Shown: positions 40,698 through 53,566 of the stretch, in pieces | Numbering within the stretch: position 1 is the stretch's first letter | How the letters are laid out: each line of letters opens with the position of its first letter | Assembly: GCA_033442325.1 (NCBI GenBank) | Contig: JAWQFM010000021.1 | Coordinates: 1,210,555-1,274,554 of the forward strand | Source: Salpingoeca rosetta | Lineage: Eukaryota; Protista; Choanoflagellata | DNA: 64,000 nucleotides | Reading direction: 5' to 3' | The notes under the pieces: model-generated | Told to the model about the DNA's origin: nothing | Seen by the model: the letters and a program-made list of their open reading frames with translations, nothing else | Databases searched by the model: none | Position numbers and translations under genes: made by a program

Positions 40698-43600
40698 ATG
40701 CACATGCTCAAATTCTCCATACCGGTTGCGCGTCCACTCACACCCAATTGCTTCTTCTGGTCTACACAACATGCAATGCAGGAGATGGTGGCGTGCCAGA
40801 TGGACACGATGACGCTCATGTGTGAGTGGCAGCCCATGTGTGTGAGCTCCAGCCCAACAGCCCCACGGCCACCACCACCACCACCACCAAAGCACTACCC
40901 ACCGCCGCCCCCGCCCCCCGATCACGAGTGCCCCTCTGCATACCACCGGCGCAAGTGCCCGGACCTGTGCCATGGCCGCCGCTGCCTGGCCCACCCGGCC
41001 GCCATGTGCGTGGTTGAGGACTGCGGGGTGTGCGCCGCGCACTTCTACGATCGCAGCGTCTCCGCGTACGACCCGCAGCCGCTCGACTGCACGCCCTCGG
41101 ACTGGTGCACGGGCAAGTGTCGGCGCAAGTTTGAGGCGTGCGAGGACTACGCGCCGTGCAGGGCGGCGCTGTACAAGCTGTACGATGCTCGTGACAGCTA
41201 CGCCGGGTGCGACTACGCGTGCTACAAGCGCATTGCCCCCACACACGACTACCACGCCCGCTCCATGTTCGATGCCCTGTACGGCTGCCTCGGCGGCTGC
41301 GACGGCAGTGTTGGCCGCGGCCCGCACGGTCACGGTGGCAGCGGTCATGACAGCAACAACAACGGCAACAACAAGGATGATGGCGTTGGGCACGGCTCCG
41401 AGTACACGATTGACCACCGGTACGGCGGCGTGTGCCACCAGCCGCCCGTCCCCGGCGACTGCGACGGTCATGCCTCCCGCTGGTTCTTCAACCCGCGCAC
41501 GAGCCAGTGCGAGGAGTTTGCGTACGGCGGCTGCGGCGGCAACGGCAACAACTTTGCGAGCAAGGAGGCGTGCGAGCAGCGATGCGTGGTTGGCGCGTGC
41601 TGCACACGACGCATGGTGCACGAGGATGGCAAGGCGTATGGCTACGATCGCCACGGATACGATCGCCACGGGTACGACCGCAACGGCGTGGCCAGGGACG
41701 GCCGCTCCCGGCGCCCGCACTCGCACCCGCGCTTCACACGCAACACGTACAGCGAGCACGGGCAGGACGAGCGCGGCTACGACACGACCGGGTGCGACGG
41801 TGCCGGCTATGACATCCGCGGGTACGACAAGCGGTACTCGCGCGACGGGCAGCAGTACGATTACACGTACGACGAGCAGTACGACGGACACGGCATGGAC
41901 CGGTCTGGCGTCGGCCACCGCGGCTATGACAAGGACGGCTATTCCTATGACGGGTACTATTCCAAGGCGGAGTTCTCCTGCCAGCAGCTGACGCACTCGC
42001 AGTGCCAGGCGCTGGAGAACGACAAGGACGGCGTGGAGGTGGTGTCGTTTGCCCAGGGCAAGTCGTGCTCGCTTGTGCGCTGCGGCAGCCCCAAGTGGGA
42101 GGCCCCGCGCCAGTGCATGTACGGCGGAAAGGCGTACGCGTACGGGCAGACGTTTTCCTACGGCTGCCAGACGTGCTTCTGCGCAACAGACGGCACCGTG
42201 TCGTGCCAGTGCGTGCCGCGCCCGCGCCGCGAGATTCGCGACATGACGCCGCAGGAGATTGCGGCGTTTGTGGACGCCGTCAACGCCCTGTACGAGAGCG
42301 GCATGTGGTCGACGCTGGCGGAGATGCACCTCAACGCGGGTCCGCAGGCGTACGGCAACCCGCGCTTCCTGCCGTGGCACCGGGAGTTCCTGAGCCAGGT
42401 GGAGATGGCCATGCGCGACGCCACCGGCAACTGCGACCTCGTCATCCCCTACTGGGACTGGACGATCGACGCCATGTCCCCGGAGACGTCCCCCGTGTGG
42501 AACATCGTCGGCGGTGACGGCCGCAACATGGACTCGTGCGTGATGGACGGGCCCTTTGCCCACTTTTCGCCGTGCATCGAGCGCTCCTGGGATGCGAGCT
42601 GGGGCATGCCCTCGTTTGACGATGTTGCCGCGGCCCTTGCCCAGTCCAACTATGAGGACATGGCCGCTGCGCTGGAGGCCCTGCATGCGGACCCGCGCAT
42701 GTGCGTTGGCGGCACGATGGTGTCGCACATGGCGCCGTACGACCCCATCTTTGTGATGCACCACGCGTACATCGACAAGCTGTGGGAGGACTGGATGACG
42801 ACGCTGGACAACGGGCACCAGTTCCCGCAGCACATGATGCACACCACCCTCGACCCCTTCCCGCGCACGCCGGCGGACGTGCTTAACAGCGAGTCCGCGC
42901 TGTGCGTCGGCTACCTCCACCCTGGCGAGGTCCCGCCCTGCGACGCCACGGCCTACGGCGGCACACACGACACGGACGGCTACCACGCGGGCACCCCGCC
43001 CCCGCGCTACAACCGCGATGGCTACGATCGCGACGGCTACGACGTGTACGGGCGCGACCGTTATGGGCGCGATCGCAGCGGGCAGTACGTGACCGTGGAC
43101 GACGGCGAGAACGACGCGTACTCGCCGTCCATGTACGGCATGGATGCGCGCGGGTACGACGCGTACGGGTTTGATGCGCAGGGCCTGGACGAGCGCGGGT
43201 GCGGCGTTGGCGGCGGCCACCCAATGTACATGCGCGACGTGTACCGCATGCAACGCGGCGTGTACGACTCCATCAAGGCTGGCGACTACCAGCGCAACCA
43301 GCGCACGTGCCGCCCGCGCCGCCCGCTGCCGTCGTGGTGGCGCAAGGACAACTGGATGGACCGGGACACGGACCACTGCCGCCGCATCTCTCGCCACGAG
43401 AGGCGGGTCGAGTCCGAGTACAGCGACAACGCCGGCCGCTCCTACCGCCACCAGTACGACCGCCGCCCCTTTGCCCACGTGCGCCGGGACATGTGCTTTG
43501 AGGGTGACGCGTACATGCCACGCCACCACGGTGGCGACGACGGCAAGTGGGTGTACGGCGATGCGCACCAGTGCCCGCCCGGCCAGACCCCCGTGCAGTG

Positions 43601-45779
43601 CTTCGCCAACCCCTGCGACAACGCGGTGTGCCCCGGCGACAGCACCGCCATGTGCCGCGTCAACACGTGCGGCGGCTGCAAGGCGGAGTTCTACACTGCA
43701 GATGGGCGGCGTGCGCGCTGCTACGACCACAACCAGGTGGGCCGTGGCGCGTGCAGCTCAACCTGCCGCTACAACCCCTGTGCACAGGCCACCTGCCCCG
43801 CCAACCCCAACGCTGTGTGCGAGCCGGACGCGTGCGATGGCTGCAAGGCGGTGTGGACGGACCCGTACTCGGGCCAGCGCGTGCAGTGCGAGGCGAGCGA
43901 CCCCTGCTCCAAGCACGGCAGGGCGCACGTGTGCGGCGACGACGGTCTCTCGTACGACAACGCGTGCTATGCGGAGCGCGCCGGCACGCGGGCGGCGTAC
44001 GGCGGCAAGTGCGTGCGCTGCGAGGACAGGTGCTCCAGCGCACACGACTACGATGGCGTGAAGGAGGTGTGCGGTGAGGACGACAAGACGTACCCGTCTG
44101 CGTGCCACGCACGCTGCGCCGGTGTGAAGGTGGCGTACCCTGGCAAGTGCCAGGCTGTGCCGCAGACGTGCAACGATGTCAACTTCTTCAAGGCCAAGGA
44201 CGAGGTGCGGCAGACGGTGTGCAACACGCGTGCGCGGTGCCGTGCGGATGCTGCGCGCAGCGACATGAACCGGTGCTCGTGGGATCCGTTTGCACGGCGG
44301 TGCGGGTGCGCCACGTCCCCCGCGGTGTGCGACGCCGACGCCGCCGTGTGCACGGAGTGCTGCAACAATGAGCTGCGGCTGTGCCTCAACTCTGCTACAA
44401 GCACCACCGTCACAGACATGACAAACAACATGCAGAACACCGGGGGTATGCCCGACGTGGACGACATGCCGGATGAGGTGGTCAACCTCAGCACCATGGT
44501 CTCCAACTGCTACGACGTGTACCTCTCCTGCCAGTTCTCGTGCTTTGACATGCCAATGCTCGGGCGCATGGGCAACGTGGCAGGCGACCAGGTGCAGTTC
44601 ACCATGGATATGGCCGTGGCTGCAATGTCCATGCTTGACGCAAGGCAGATGGCAGACGCGGCAAGCGTTGCCCTCGGCATGCCCGACGTCACCCCGAACA
44701 GCGTCGTCCCGCTCGGCGTTGCTCCGGCCATGCGTAGCGGCGGCACCGACCAGCTTGTCAGCGGCCTGCCTGGCGCGGGCGTGCTTGGCGGCGTTGGCGG
44801 CGGCGGCGGTGCTGGCGGCCTCACCAGCAGTCTGGGCAACGTCGGTGGCTTGACTGGTGGTCTGGGCAACGTTGGAGGGCTGACCGGTGGCCTCGGCAAT
44901 GTCGGTGGCGTCACAGGTGGCCTTGGTGGCCTTGGTGGCTTGGGTGGCACTTCTGGCAACGGTGGCGTGTCGACTGGCGTGCCCCTTGCTGATTCTGTCA
45001 CGAACCTGCTTGAGGGCATGCTAAATGGGCTGCTTGGAGGTGGCGGCACGAGCGACCTGACAGGCGGCCTGCTCGGTGGCGGCGGCAGCAACAGCAACGG
45101 CGGAACAACGACAACTGCCGGCAACAACAACAACAACAACAACAACAACAACGGTGGCACCGGTCCCCTCGACGGCCTCACAGGTGGGCTCACCGGTGGT
45201 GGTGGTGGCGGCCTGGGTGACCTGGGTGGCCTTCTTGATGGCCTGCTTGGCGGCGGCGGCGGCTCCAGCAGCGGCTTTGGCGGCCTCCCCGTTCTTGGCC
45301 AGGATGACAACAACTCCACAGCCACCTTGCTCAACGATGTCATGTCGGTGACCATGGCTGTGGTTGCTCCCAACGAGACGCTCGAGCTTGTGCGCGACTC
45401 TGTGATGCGAATGGCGCTGGACGGGTCGCTTGCGCGGCAGCTTGGTCTGCGCACGGGCTCCGCAGAGCCAAACGGCACCCAGACCACCGTGCGCGACGTG
45501 AAGATTGTGCGGCGGGACGGCACTGGTAACGGCGGTGATGGAAACGATGGCGACAACTCCTTGCCGCGCGACGGGGACCCGTCTGATCCCACGCCCGCGC
45601 CCAAGGGCAGCGGCAGCGGGTCGTCCCTGCCCATCCCGCTCATTGTCGGCGCGGTTGCTGGCGCCCTGGTGGTCGTGGGCGGCATCATCGTTGCCGTCGT
45701 GATTGTGCGCCGGCGCCGCGGCAGCCAAGGATCGTCAGCGGCCGCACCAAGCAGTGGGGGTGGCATCCGCACCCTCTGA
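38842..45779 (+). CDS. Type I membrane mosaic: signal peptide, 3 Cys/Met-rich repeats with poly-Pro linkers, Kunitz, GYD repeats, VWC-like, tyrosinase-like domain (degenerate Cu sites), GYD repeats, 2 Cys modules, 2 Kazal, Gly-rich stalk, TM
   Basis: Exons ~38842-39129, 39487-39834, 40204-40599, 40782-45779. Kunitz CHQPPVPGDC..RWFFNP..CEEFAYGGCGGNGNNF..CEQRC. Tyrosinase RREIRDMT..FLPWHREFL..IPYWDWT..VGGTM..DPIFVMHHAYIDKLW. Kazal VCGDDGLSYDNAC and VCGEDDKTYPSAC. TM LIVGAVAGALVVVGGIIVAVVIV followed by RRRR. Confidence 0.88.
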
Positions 45780-46529
45780 GGTCAATGCGTGTCTGTCTGT
45801 GTCTGTATGTATGCATGTACGTGTGTGTATAACGTATGATGGTGTCACACAGAATGATGGAACTGAACAAAGGTGTGATGTGTGTGTGTGTGTGTGTGTG
45901 TGTGTGAGTGTGAGTGTGTGTGTGTGTGTGTTTGTGGGGGGGGGGGAGGAGACCTAGCTGTCTTGTTGCTGTTGATGTTTGATGGTTGTTCGTTTTGCCT
46001 ACGATTCTGGTGCTTGACGCACACACGTGTGTGGTTGGTTGCCTCTTGTTCTCCGCTTGCTTGCTTGTTGCTTGTTGCCTCTTGGCTGTTGTTGCACTGT
46101 TGCGTTGCGTTGCGTGCGTGCGTTGTTGGTTGGCTCCCAGTGTTGATGGGGAGCAGCAATTACACGCGTCACAGAACCTTGCACTTGTGACATGATGCCA
46201 AGCAACGCAGGCGGGGGGAGGCAAGTGCAAGCTGGGCGGGGTAAGCGCACTCAGGAGGAGCACTCCTCGTCGCAGATTGTTGTTGAATGATTTCCAACAC
46301 TTATCTGCTTGTTTACTGTCACGTCAATTCCCTTCGAGTTGTTGGGTGCATTTTGGTGTGGTTGCCTGCAGGCACCCTTACAGCGCATCAACAGCAGCAC
46401 CACAACAGCATCACCACCACAACAGCATCACCACAGCTTCTTCAGCCTGCGCGTCCTTCCTTCATTCTTTCCAAGCAGCAAGCCGTCGTCGTCGCATCGC
46501 ACCTTGAAGCAAGCAAGCGCGACAGCAAC

Positions 46530-49500
46530 ATGATGGGGGCCCCCTTCTCTTTGCGTCTCTCGTTTGTTCCTCGTGACACCCGAGCAGCGAAACAACCAAG
46601 GCTCAGTTCGCCAGTGACCAGAGACACAAGGTCTTTGGGTCTCTCTTTGAGGCTTTTGTTGACGATCGCCTTGGTGGTGGTCCTGGGTCATCAGGCAGCA
46701 CTTGTGTCTGGGCAGATCACGAACAGCTGCTCACCAAATCCTTGCCCTGCCCACCGGTCGTGCATCAACATGCCCATCGGCTTCTCTTGCGGTGAATGTG
46801 AGCGTGGATACATCGAGGACGGCGCCGATGGAGAGTGCATCGACATCGACGAGTGCAAGGAGGTGGAAGCAGCCTGCCAAGCCGGCACTGGCTGCGTGAA
46901 CACGGACGGCTGCTACGAGTGCAAGGACTGCGCTCCGGGCACATGGTCACCCGGCGGTTCGGGCGCGTGTTTCTCTTGCACAGAGTGTGAGGCTGGCGAA
47001 GAGTTCTTCCTGCGACCGTGCACCCCGACGCAAGATGCACAGTGTGCCACGTGCTCCACCTGCGCACCTGGTCAAGCCATCTCCCGCGCCTGTTCGTCCA
47101 CGACGAACACCATTTGCGAGCCCTGCGCTGCCGGCATCACGTGGTCGGACGGATCGCTGGGCAAGTGCGCGCCTTGCACCGTGTGCGCGGACGGTGAGGA
47201 GTACCTAGAGCAGCCTTGCTCTACCTCGCAGGACACCGAGTGTGCGCAGTGCTCTGAGTGCAAGCCAGGCGAATTCATCATCTTCCCCTGCACTTCGCGT
47301 TCTGGTGACACAGAGTGCGTCCCATGCCTGTCGTGCACTGAGAACGAGTACGAGACGAGCCCTTGCACTTCGACACAGAACAGAGAATGCAGGTCCTGCC
47401 GCGACTGCGACCACGGCACGTTCATTGCGTCGCCGTGTACACCAACACAGGATCGTGTGTGCCGGTCATGCACGCGGTGCGGTGCAGGCGAGTTTGTCAA
47501 GCAGGCTTGTCGAATGGACAGCGACACGGAGTGCGCCACCTGCACCACCTGCCCCGCCGGCTCGTACACCGCTGTTGCGTGCACAGCGGAGCGTGACGCA
47601 GAGTGCAAGCCGTGTAGCGTGTGCGAGGATTCGCAGCTCCTTCTCATCAGGTGCAGCGCCGGCCACGACGCAGTATGCGGGTCGTGCGGCACGGGCATGT
47701 ACATCACAGGAAGCAAGGGTGCCACGGACACGCGCAGATGTGTGCGGCAGCCGCAGTGCCCGATTGGCGAGGGCGAGACCGTGGTGCCATCGCTTGATGT
47801 CAGGCGCGAGTGTGCGCCGCTCGTTCCGCCAGTTATTCCCCCGACCCTGACCGAAGATCGGTGGCAAGTTGCGGTGATCTTTCGACGCTTGCAACCACGG
47901 CCGGATCTCCCATTTGACGAGGATGTGCAGTTCCTGATGATTGAGGGCCTGCGGCTCATGTTTCGTCAGGAGCTGGGCAATGCCACGGCGCTATTTGGCG
48001 TGGCATCAGTGGTGGAAGAGCCAGAAGACCCCTCCGTCACAGCAGTGTTTCAGTTTGAGTTGCCCGACCCAAGCGACCACGCGGAGCCCACCATTGCATT
48101 TCGAGCGTCCTCCTTTGCATCTGCGCTTGTGGATGTGATGTCCCAGCTGAAGGGTGAGTGGAGCGATCCCACCATCAACGCCACCTCGACACCTGGCATG
48201 CTGAACGCCTTTGCTTTTGTTCATGCGTTGGCTGGTATCTCCTACATTGACTTGTCGAAGACGACAACGACGACGACAACCACTACGACCACAACAACAA
48301 CGACTACCACAACTACAACAACAACGACTACCACAACCACAACACCGACTACCACAACCACAACAACAACCACAACAACAACGACGACGACAACAACGAT
48401 CACATCCACGACGACAACAACGACCACAACAACTACGACAACAATCACGACCGCAATAGCGACGACAACGACAACAACAATGACGACGACCACAACAACA
48501 ACACTGGCGACAGTCTCACCAACATCGATGACATCGAAGACGACAACGAGAACCACAACCACTACGACCACAACAACAACAACAACCACTACGACCACAA
48601 CAACAACGACTACCACAACCACAACAACAGCGACTACCACAACTACAACAACAACAACCACAACAACAACGACTACCACAACCACAACAACAACGACCAC
48701 AATCACGACGACAACGACAACAACAATGACGACGACCACAACAACAACACTGGCGACAGCCTCACCAACATCGATGACATCGAAGACGACAACGACTACC
48801 ACAACCACAACAACAACGACCACAACAACGACTACGACAACCCCAACAACAGCAACAGCAACGACAGCGACTGCTACTCACCGAACCACGGGTGCAACAA
48901 CAACAGGCACAGGGACGACAACGACAGCAACGGCGACAACTGCGAGTTCGCCTGCAACAGCGACAACGACGACAGAAGTCAAGTCCACCACTTCGAGTGG
49001 AACTGCCACGACAATTGCCACAACGACGGCAACTCCAGCAACAGCAACGGGCTCAAGCATCACAACCACCTCTCCGATGAACTTAAGCACAACCACAGCC
49101 AGTACCACGACAGCTGCTGTGACTTCCACGCCAACAACAGCAGATCATACAACACCCACAACCACAGCGAGTGCAACCACAACGCTGACTGCTTCGCAAA
49201 CATCAGTGGCCACGATATCTGACGAGCCAACTTCCAACACCGCCAGCTCTGTGACAACCACACCGACAACTACCACAACAACAGCCACAACAACAACTAC
49301 ACCAACAGCAACAACTACCACAACACCAGTCACAACACCAACCACAGCCACAACAACCACAGCCACAACAACAACTACACCAACAGCAACAACTACCACA
49401 ACACCAGTCACAACACCAACCACAGCCACAACAACCACAGCCACAACAACAACTACACCAACAGCAACAACTACCACAACAACAGCCACAACAACCACAG

Positions 49501-49547
49501 CCACAACAACAACTACACCAACAGCAACAACAACCACAACACCAGCC

Positions 49548-49643
<96 letters not shown>

Positions 49644-49705
49644 GCAACAACAACAACAGCAACAACAACAACAACAACAACAACAACAGCAACAACAACA
49701 ACAGC

Positions 49706-49737
<32 letters not shown>

Positions 49738-50462
49738 CCATGGCCAACACGACGGCAAGTGCAAATGGGACTACAACACAAGCAACTGCATCTCCGAAAG
49801 CTGGCAGCAAGCCAACTAAAGGTGCGATTGCGTGGAGTGTTGCTCAGCTGACATGTGCGTGCGGACACCACCTCCTCACCTCGCAACTACGATTGCGTTT
49901 GAAATTTCACCAATATCGCCCTCTTTTACACCACACTGTGGTTCTGTACCTGCTCTTTGTGCCATGTCCTCGCTTCCTCGGTAGGTTCTCTGTCCCCGGT
50001 TACGATTGCGGTTACAGTGGTTGCCGTTGTTGCTGTTGGTATTGCAGCCATGTTCTACTACCGCTACCGTCGCATCACCAGGAGCGGGTGGCGCCACTCC
50101 ACACTGGTTAACGACGTCTGGTACGAGGTGTTGAGGTTGTGCTACTTGCTTGCTTGCTTGCGAAACGGACGTGTTTTGTCAACCTGTGATATCAGAACAA
50201 ACTGTTTGTGTTGCAATGTGACACTTCTTGCTCGCAGCCCCTCATATCAAACACACACACACACACCCACACATACTCACACATACATACACACACACAC
50301 ACATACTCACACATACATACAAACACACACACACACACACACAATGACACCAGGCGTGCGCCCGTTGATGTCAGTGGGGATACGCAGCTCAACTCTGAAG
50401 TGCTCAGGCTCGACGATAACGACGATGCCCGCTTTGATCTTGGTGGTGACTCCTCCCTGTAG
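46530..50462 (+). CDS. Type I membrane protein: EGF/EGF-Ca, tandem TNFR-like Cys repeats, SEA-like region, Thr-rich mucin stalk, TM, short tail
   Basis: Exons 46530-49821, 49985-50120, 50354-50462 (phases 1 and 2 consistent). Hydrophobic signal LLLTIALVVVLGHQAALVSG; CSPNPC..CIDIDEC; repeated CxxCxxC..G.....CT.T.D..C; TM VTIAVTVVAVVAVGIAAMFYY followed by RYRR. Confidence 0.85.
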
Positions 50463-50911
50463 AACACACCCTTCTTTCCAAATGCGTTTGTTCTTGATTC
50501 TGTTCAACACCGCCTTGTTGTTATTTGGCACCCCACGTCACCTTGCGCATGTCGCTCTTGTCGCACGTGTTGCCGGTGTTACTGTTGGTTGGTTGGTTGG
50601 TAACGTGTTTACTTTTGTCGTGGACGTGCTCGTTAACAAAGAAAACATCATGGCCCAAACGAGTCAGTAATGCCAAGGGAGAAGGGGCAGGCGAAGGAAC
50701 GGAAAGGAGGAGTGGGGATGGACTTCAAAGATTAAGACCACGCATGCGTGCAGGCGAGGGAAATGGACACGGGGAAGGAGAGATAGGGCACTGTCATGCA
50801 GAGGGAAGGATGCCAAGCGGAGGTGCATTTGTGTATGCGAATTACACTTGCAAAACGTGCATATGGCATGTCGTGCTGTTGCCTGTGGGGAGATGAAGAG
50901 GCGGGCATGCT

Positions 50912-51391
50912 TTATGCACTTGCTGCGGCAGAAGCTGTTTCGGAATGGCCACGACGTCGCCTTCGGTTGCCAGCCCACTTAAACTGAAGTCCCCGCAAAA
51001 CAACAAGCTCGCACCACGTCTCGTAAGCCTCTATGTCTTCGCTGAGCCTACCCTCCAAGTCGAGCAGCCCCTCATCATCATTGGTTGCATGCTTCTTGAC
51101 AAACCGTTTGATGCGACGACTAAGGCCATGGCGTGAATGCTTGTTTTGGCGAACGTGATCTTTGAGGTCATGAGCGCTATCGAAGCACTCGCGACACTTT
51201 AAGCAGACGTGCAGGTTCAGGTCATCAAGAAGACGCTCAATGCTCGTTCTGGATAGCTTGGATGGAGTGCTGTCATGTGCTTCAGAGAGATACAAAGTTA
51301 CCTCCATGAGCCGGAGCGTTGCAGCAAACTCATGATTGTCAAAGGCGTCTCGGATCCTTTCTTTAAGAATTTCCATTGTTGTTGTTTCCAT
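50912..51391 (-). CDS. Small intronless protein with a single C2H2-type zinc finger
   Basis: METTTMEILKERIRDAF...HVCLKCRECFDSAHDLKDHVRQNKH fits C-x2-C-x3-F-x5-L-x2-H-x5-H. Sequence is non-repetitive. Start codon uncertain. Confidence 0.55.
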   Translation of the reverse strand: METTTMEILKERIRDAFDNHEFAATLRLMEVTLYLSEAHDSTPSKLSRTSIERLLDDLNLHVCLKCRECFDSAHDLKDHVRQNKHSRHGLSRRIKRFVKKHATNDDEGLLDLEGRLSEDIEAYETWCELVVLRGLQFKWAGNRRRRRGHSETASAAASA

Positions 51392-51944
51392 TGTCGTGGC
51401 AGTGATTGTGGTTGCTGCTAACTGCGATATCGTCGGTCTTGCTCTCGCGGGCTGTTGGTTGGTAAATGTAACAGCGCTGCTGAGTCGACAGACATGGTCG
51501 GTTGGTGCTGGTGCTGTGCTGTGCTGATGTGTTGATGTGGCGCTCTGGCACTGACTGCACTGGGACGCCTCGTCGCAAACTTGTCGACAACCCGTGAGGA
51601 GACATGACACTGACATGCACTGTGACACTGACATGCAGACAGCAGAGATGACACACCTTTTTTTTTTTCCTATTTTTATCTCTGTGTCGCACTCCATTTT
51701 ATGTTGTCGCGAAACGGAAACACGAACGCGCGGGGTTGTTGCTTGCGAGACAGGGCACTGTCATGTCGGGGCAGCACACTTGGCACGACCACCGCTCCCA
51801 ATCCCATCACAGCGGGTAACAACAACGAACGGTTGGTTAGGAGGTGGAGCGAAACCATAAACAGGAGCATGAAAGGATAGTAACGGTGAAAGCCCCCCTT
51901 GTTGCTGTGGTCACATCATGTCACAGCACACAATAACGTGTTGT

Positions 51945-52950
51945 TCAGATGCGGATGCGCAGGGTTGAGGATGAGGCGTAGAGAATGACACCGCCACCGG
52001 TATTGATGCTCGCGCACCCACGCAGCGGCAGCGGGAACGTGTCAAAGTTGTCGACGAGCTGTCGGCTGCAGCAGTTGACATTGCCGGTCGTGCAGTCGCG
52101 AGCGACAAAGTTGTTGCTGCCTGGTGTCTTCTCAACGCCGATCCAGTGCCCGTCGGGATACGATTCGCTGTCATCGTCGCACGACAGCGTGTGCATCTGT
52201 GTTGTGTTGTGTGGAGGTGGGCGTGGGGGTGGGCGTGGGTAAGGGGTTGGAGAGGAGGAAGGAGAAAATGAGGGACGGTCAGGGTAGCAGCAAGACGGAA
52301 AGTGTAGACCGTGAGTGGTCTCATGTGTCGACAGGCAGGTACGCACACGAGCGAGACACGGTGCCAGGCACGGGTGCACAAAACCATGCAGCCATTCACA
52401 GACACACACGCATAGACACACAGACAGACAGATAGACACAGACAGACACACAGACAGACAGACAGACACAGACACAGACACAGACACAGACGCACACACA
52501 CACACACACATACGTTGAAGTTTCGATCGTTGTCGTTCTTGGCGCGGCCTGAGAGGGCAATGATCTGAGCGTCGGAGAGCTGAACACCTCCAGACATGTA
52601 CCCAATGTCAAAGTAGACCTGGCAGTCAAGCGTGTGTGGCTCGGGCGACACAACGCCACACTGCCAGTTGTTGCGCTTGTTCTGCAGCGTGCACACATTA
52701 AGTAGCGAAAACAGCAGAAGTGAACGTGAGTGAAGAGGATCTTGGTGTTGGTGTGCGTCAAACAAAGAAAGTGCGAGATTGTTCTGCCAACGTGTCGATT
52801 GGTCACACACCTCCAGGTCGTTGAAGCACCCGCACTTTGTCCACGAGTTTCCGCATGAATACGAAAACATCCACGCATTGTCGGCGAAATCGCTTCCACT
52901 CATCTTCAGCTCCACCCAGTCACCCACGCACGTCACCTGTGACATTGGTG

Positions 52951-52997
<47 letters not shown>

Positions 52998-53101
52998 GTT
53001 GTGTGTGTGTGTGTGTGTGTGTTGTTGTGTGTGTGTGTGTTACTACCTACACAGGCTGCTTTCCCGAGCTGCATAAAGACTAGTGAACTCCGAGTCCTTG
53101 T

Positions 53102-53155
<54 letters not shown>

Positions 53156-53508
53156 CGTGTGTGTGTGTGTGTGTGTGTGTTTCGTGTGTGTGTGTGTGGC
53201 TGCAGCGCGACAGGATCATGAGAGTCAACATGGAACACACAAAGAACGACATTTGCTCACTTTGAAGGGGTCTTGAAGGCCCGCAGTGATCCAGCGTGTG
53301 CCGGTGGCGCGGTCAGGGTAGCTGCCGTGTCATGGCGGTGACATATATGCGAAGAAGGAGTGCGTTGACAACAGGATGTTGAGGAAATGATATGTCGACA
53401 GATGAGAGTGGTGCGCAGGTCAATTGATGGTGAAGAGGAAGAGGAAGTGCGCACACCGACACACAGACACACACACCGACACACACACAGGTACACCCAC
53501 ACACAGGT

Positions 53509-53566
<58 letters not shown>

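Noticed and set aside
40419-43730. 1103-aa ORF on the minus strand
   Set aside because: Antisense shadow of the GC3-rich tyrosinase-like exon; Val/Ala/Arg-rich with no motifs.
48460-49520. Spaced direct repeats resembling an array
   Set aside because: In-frame duplications within a mucin stalk (LATxSPTSMTSK twice; TTTPVTTP units); not CRISPR or a mobile element.
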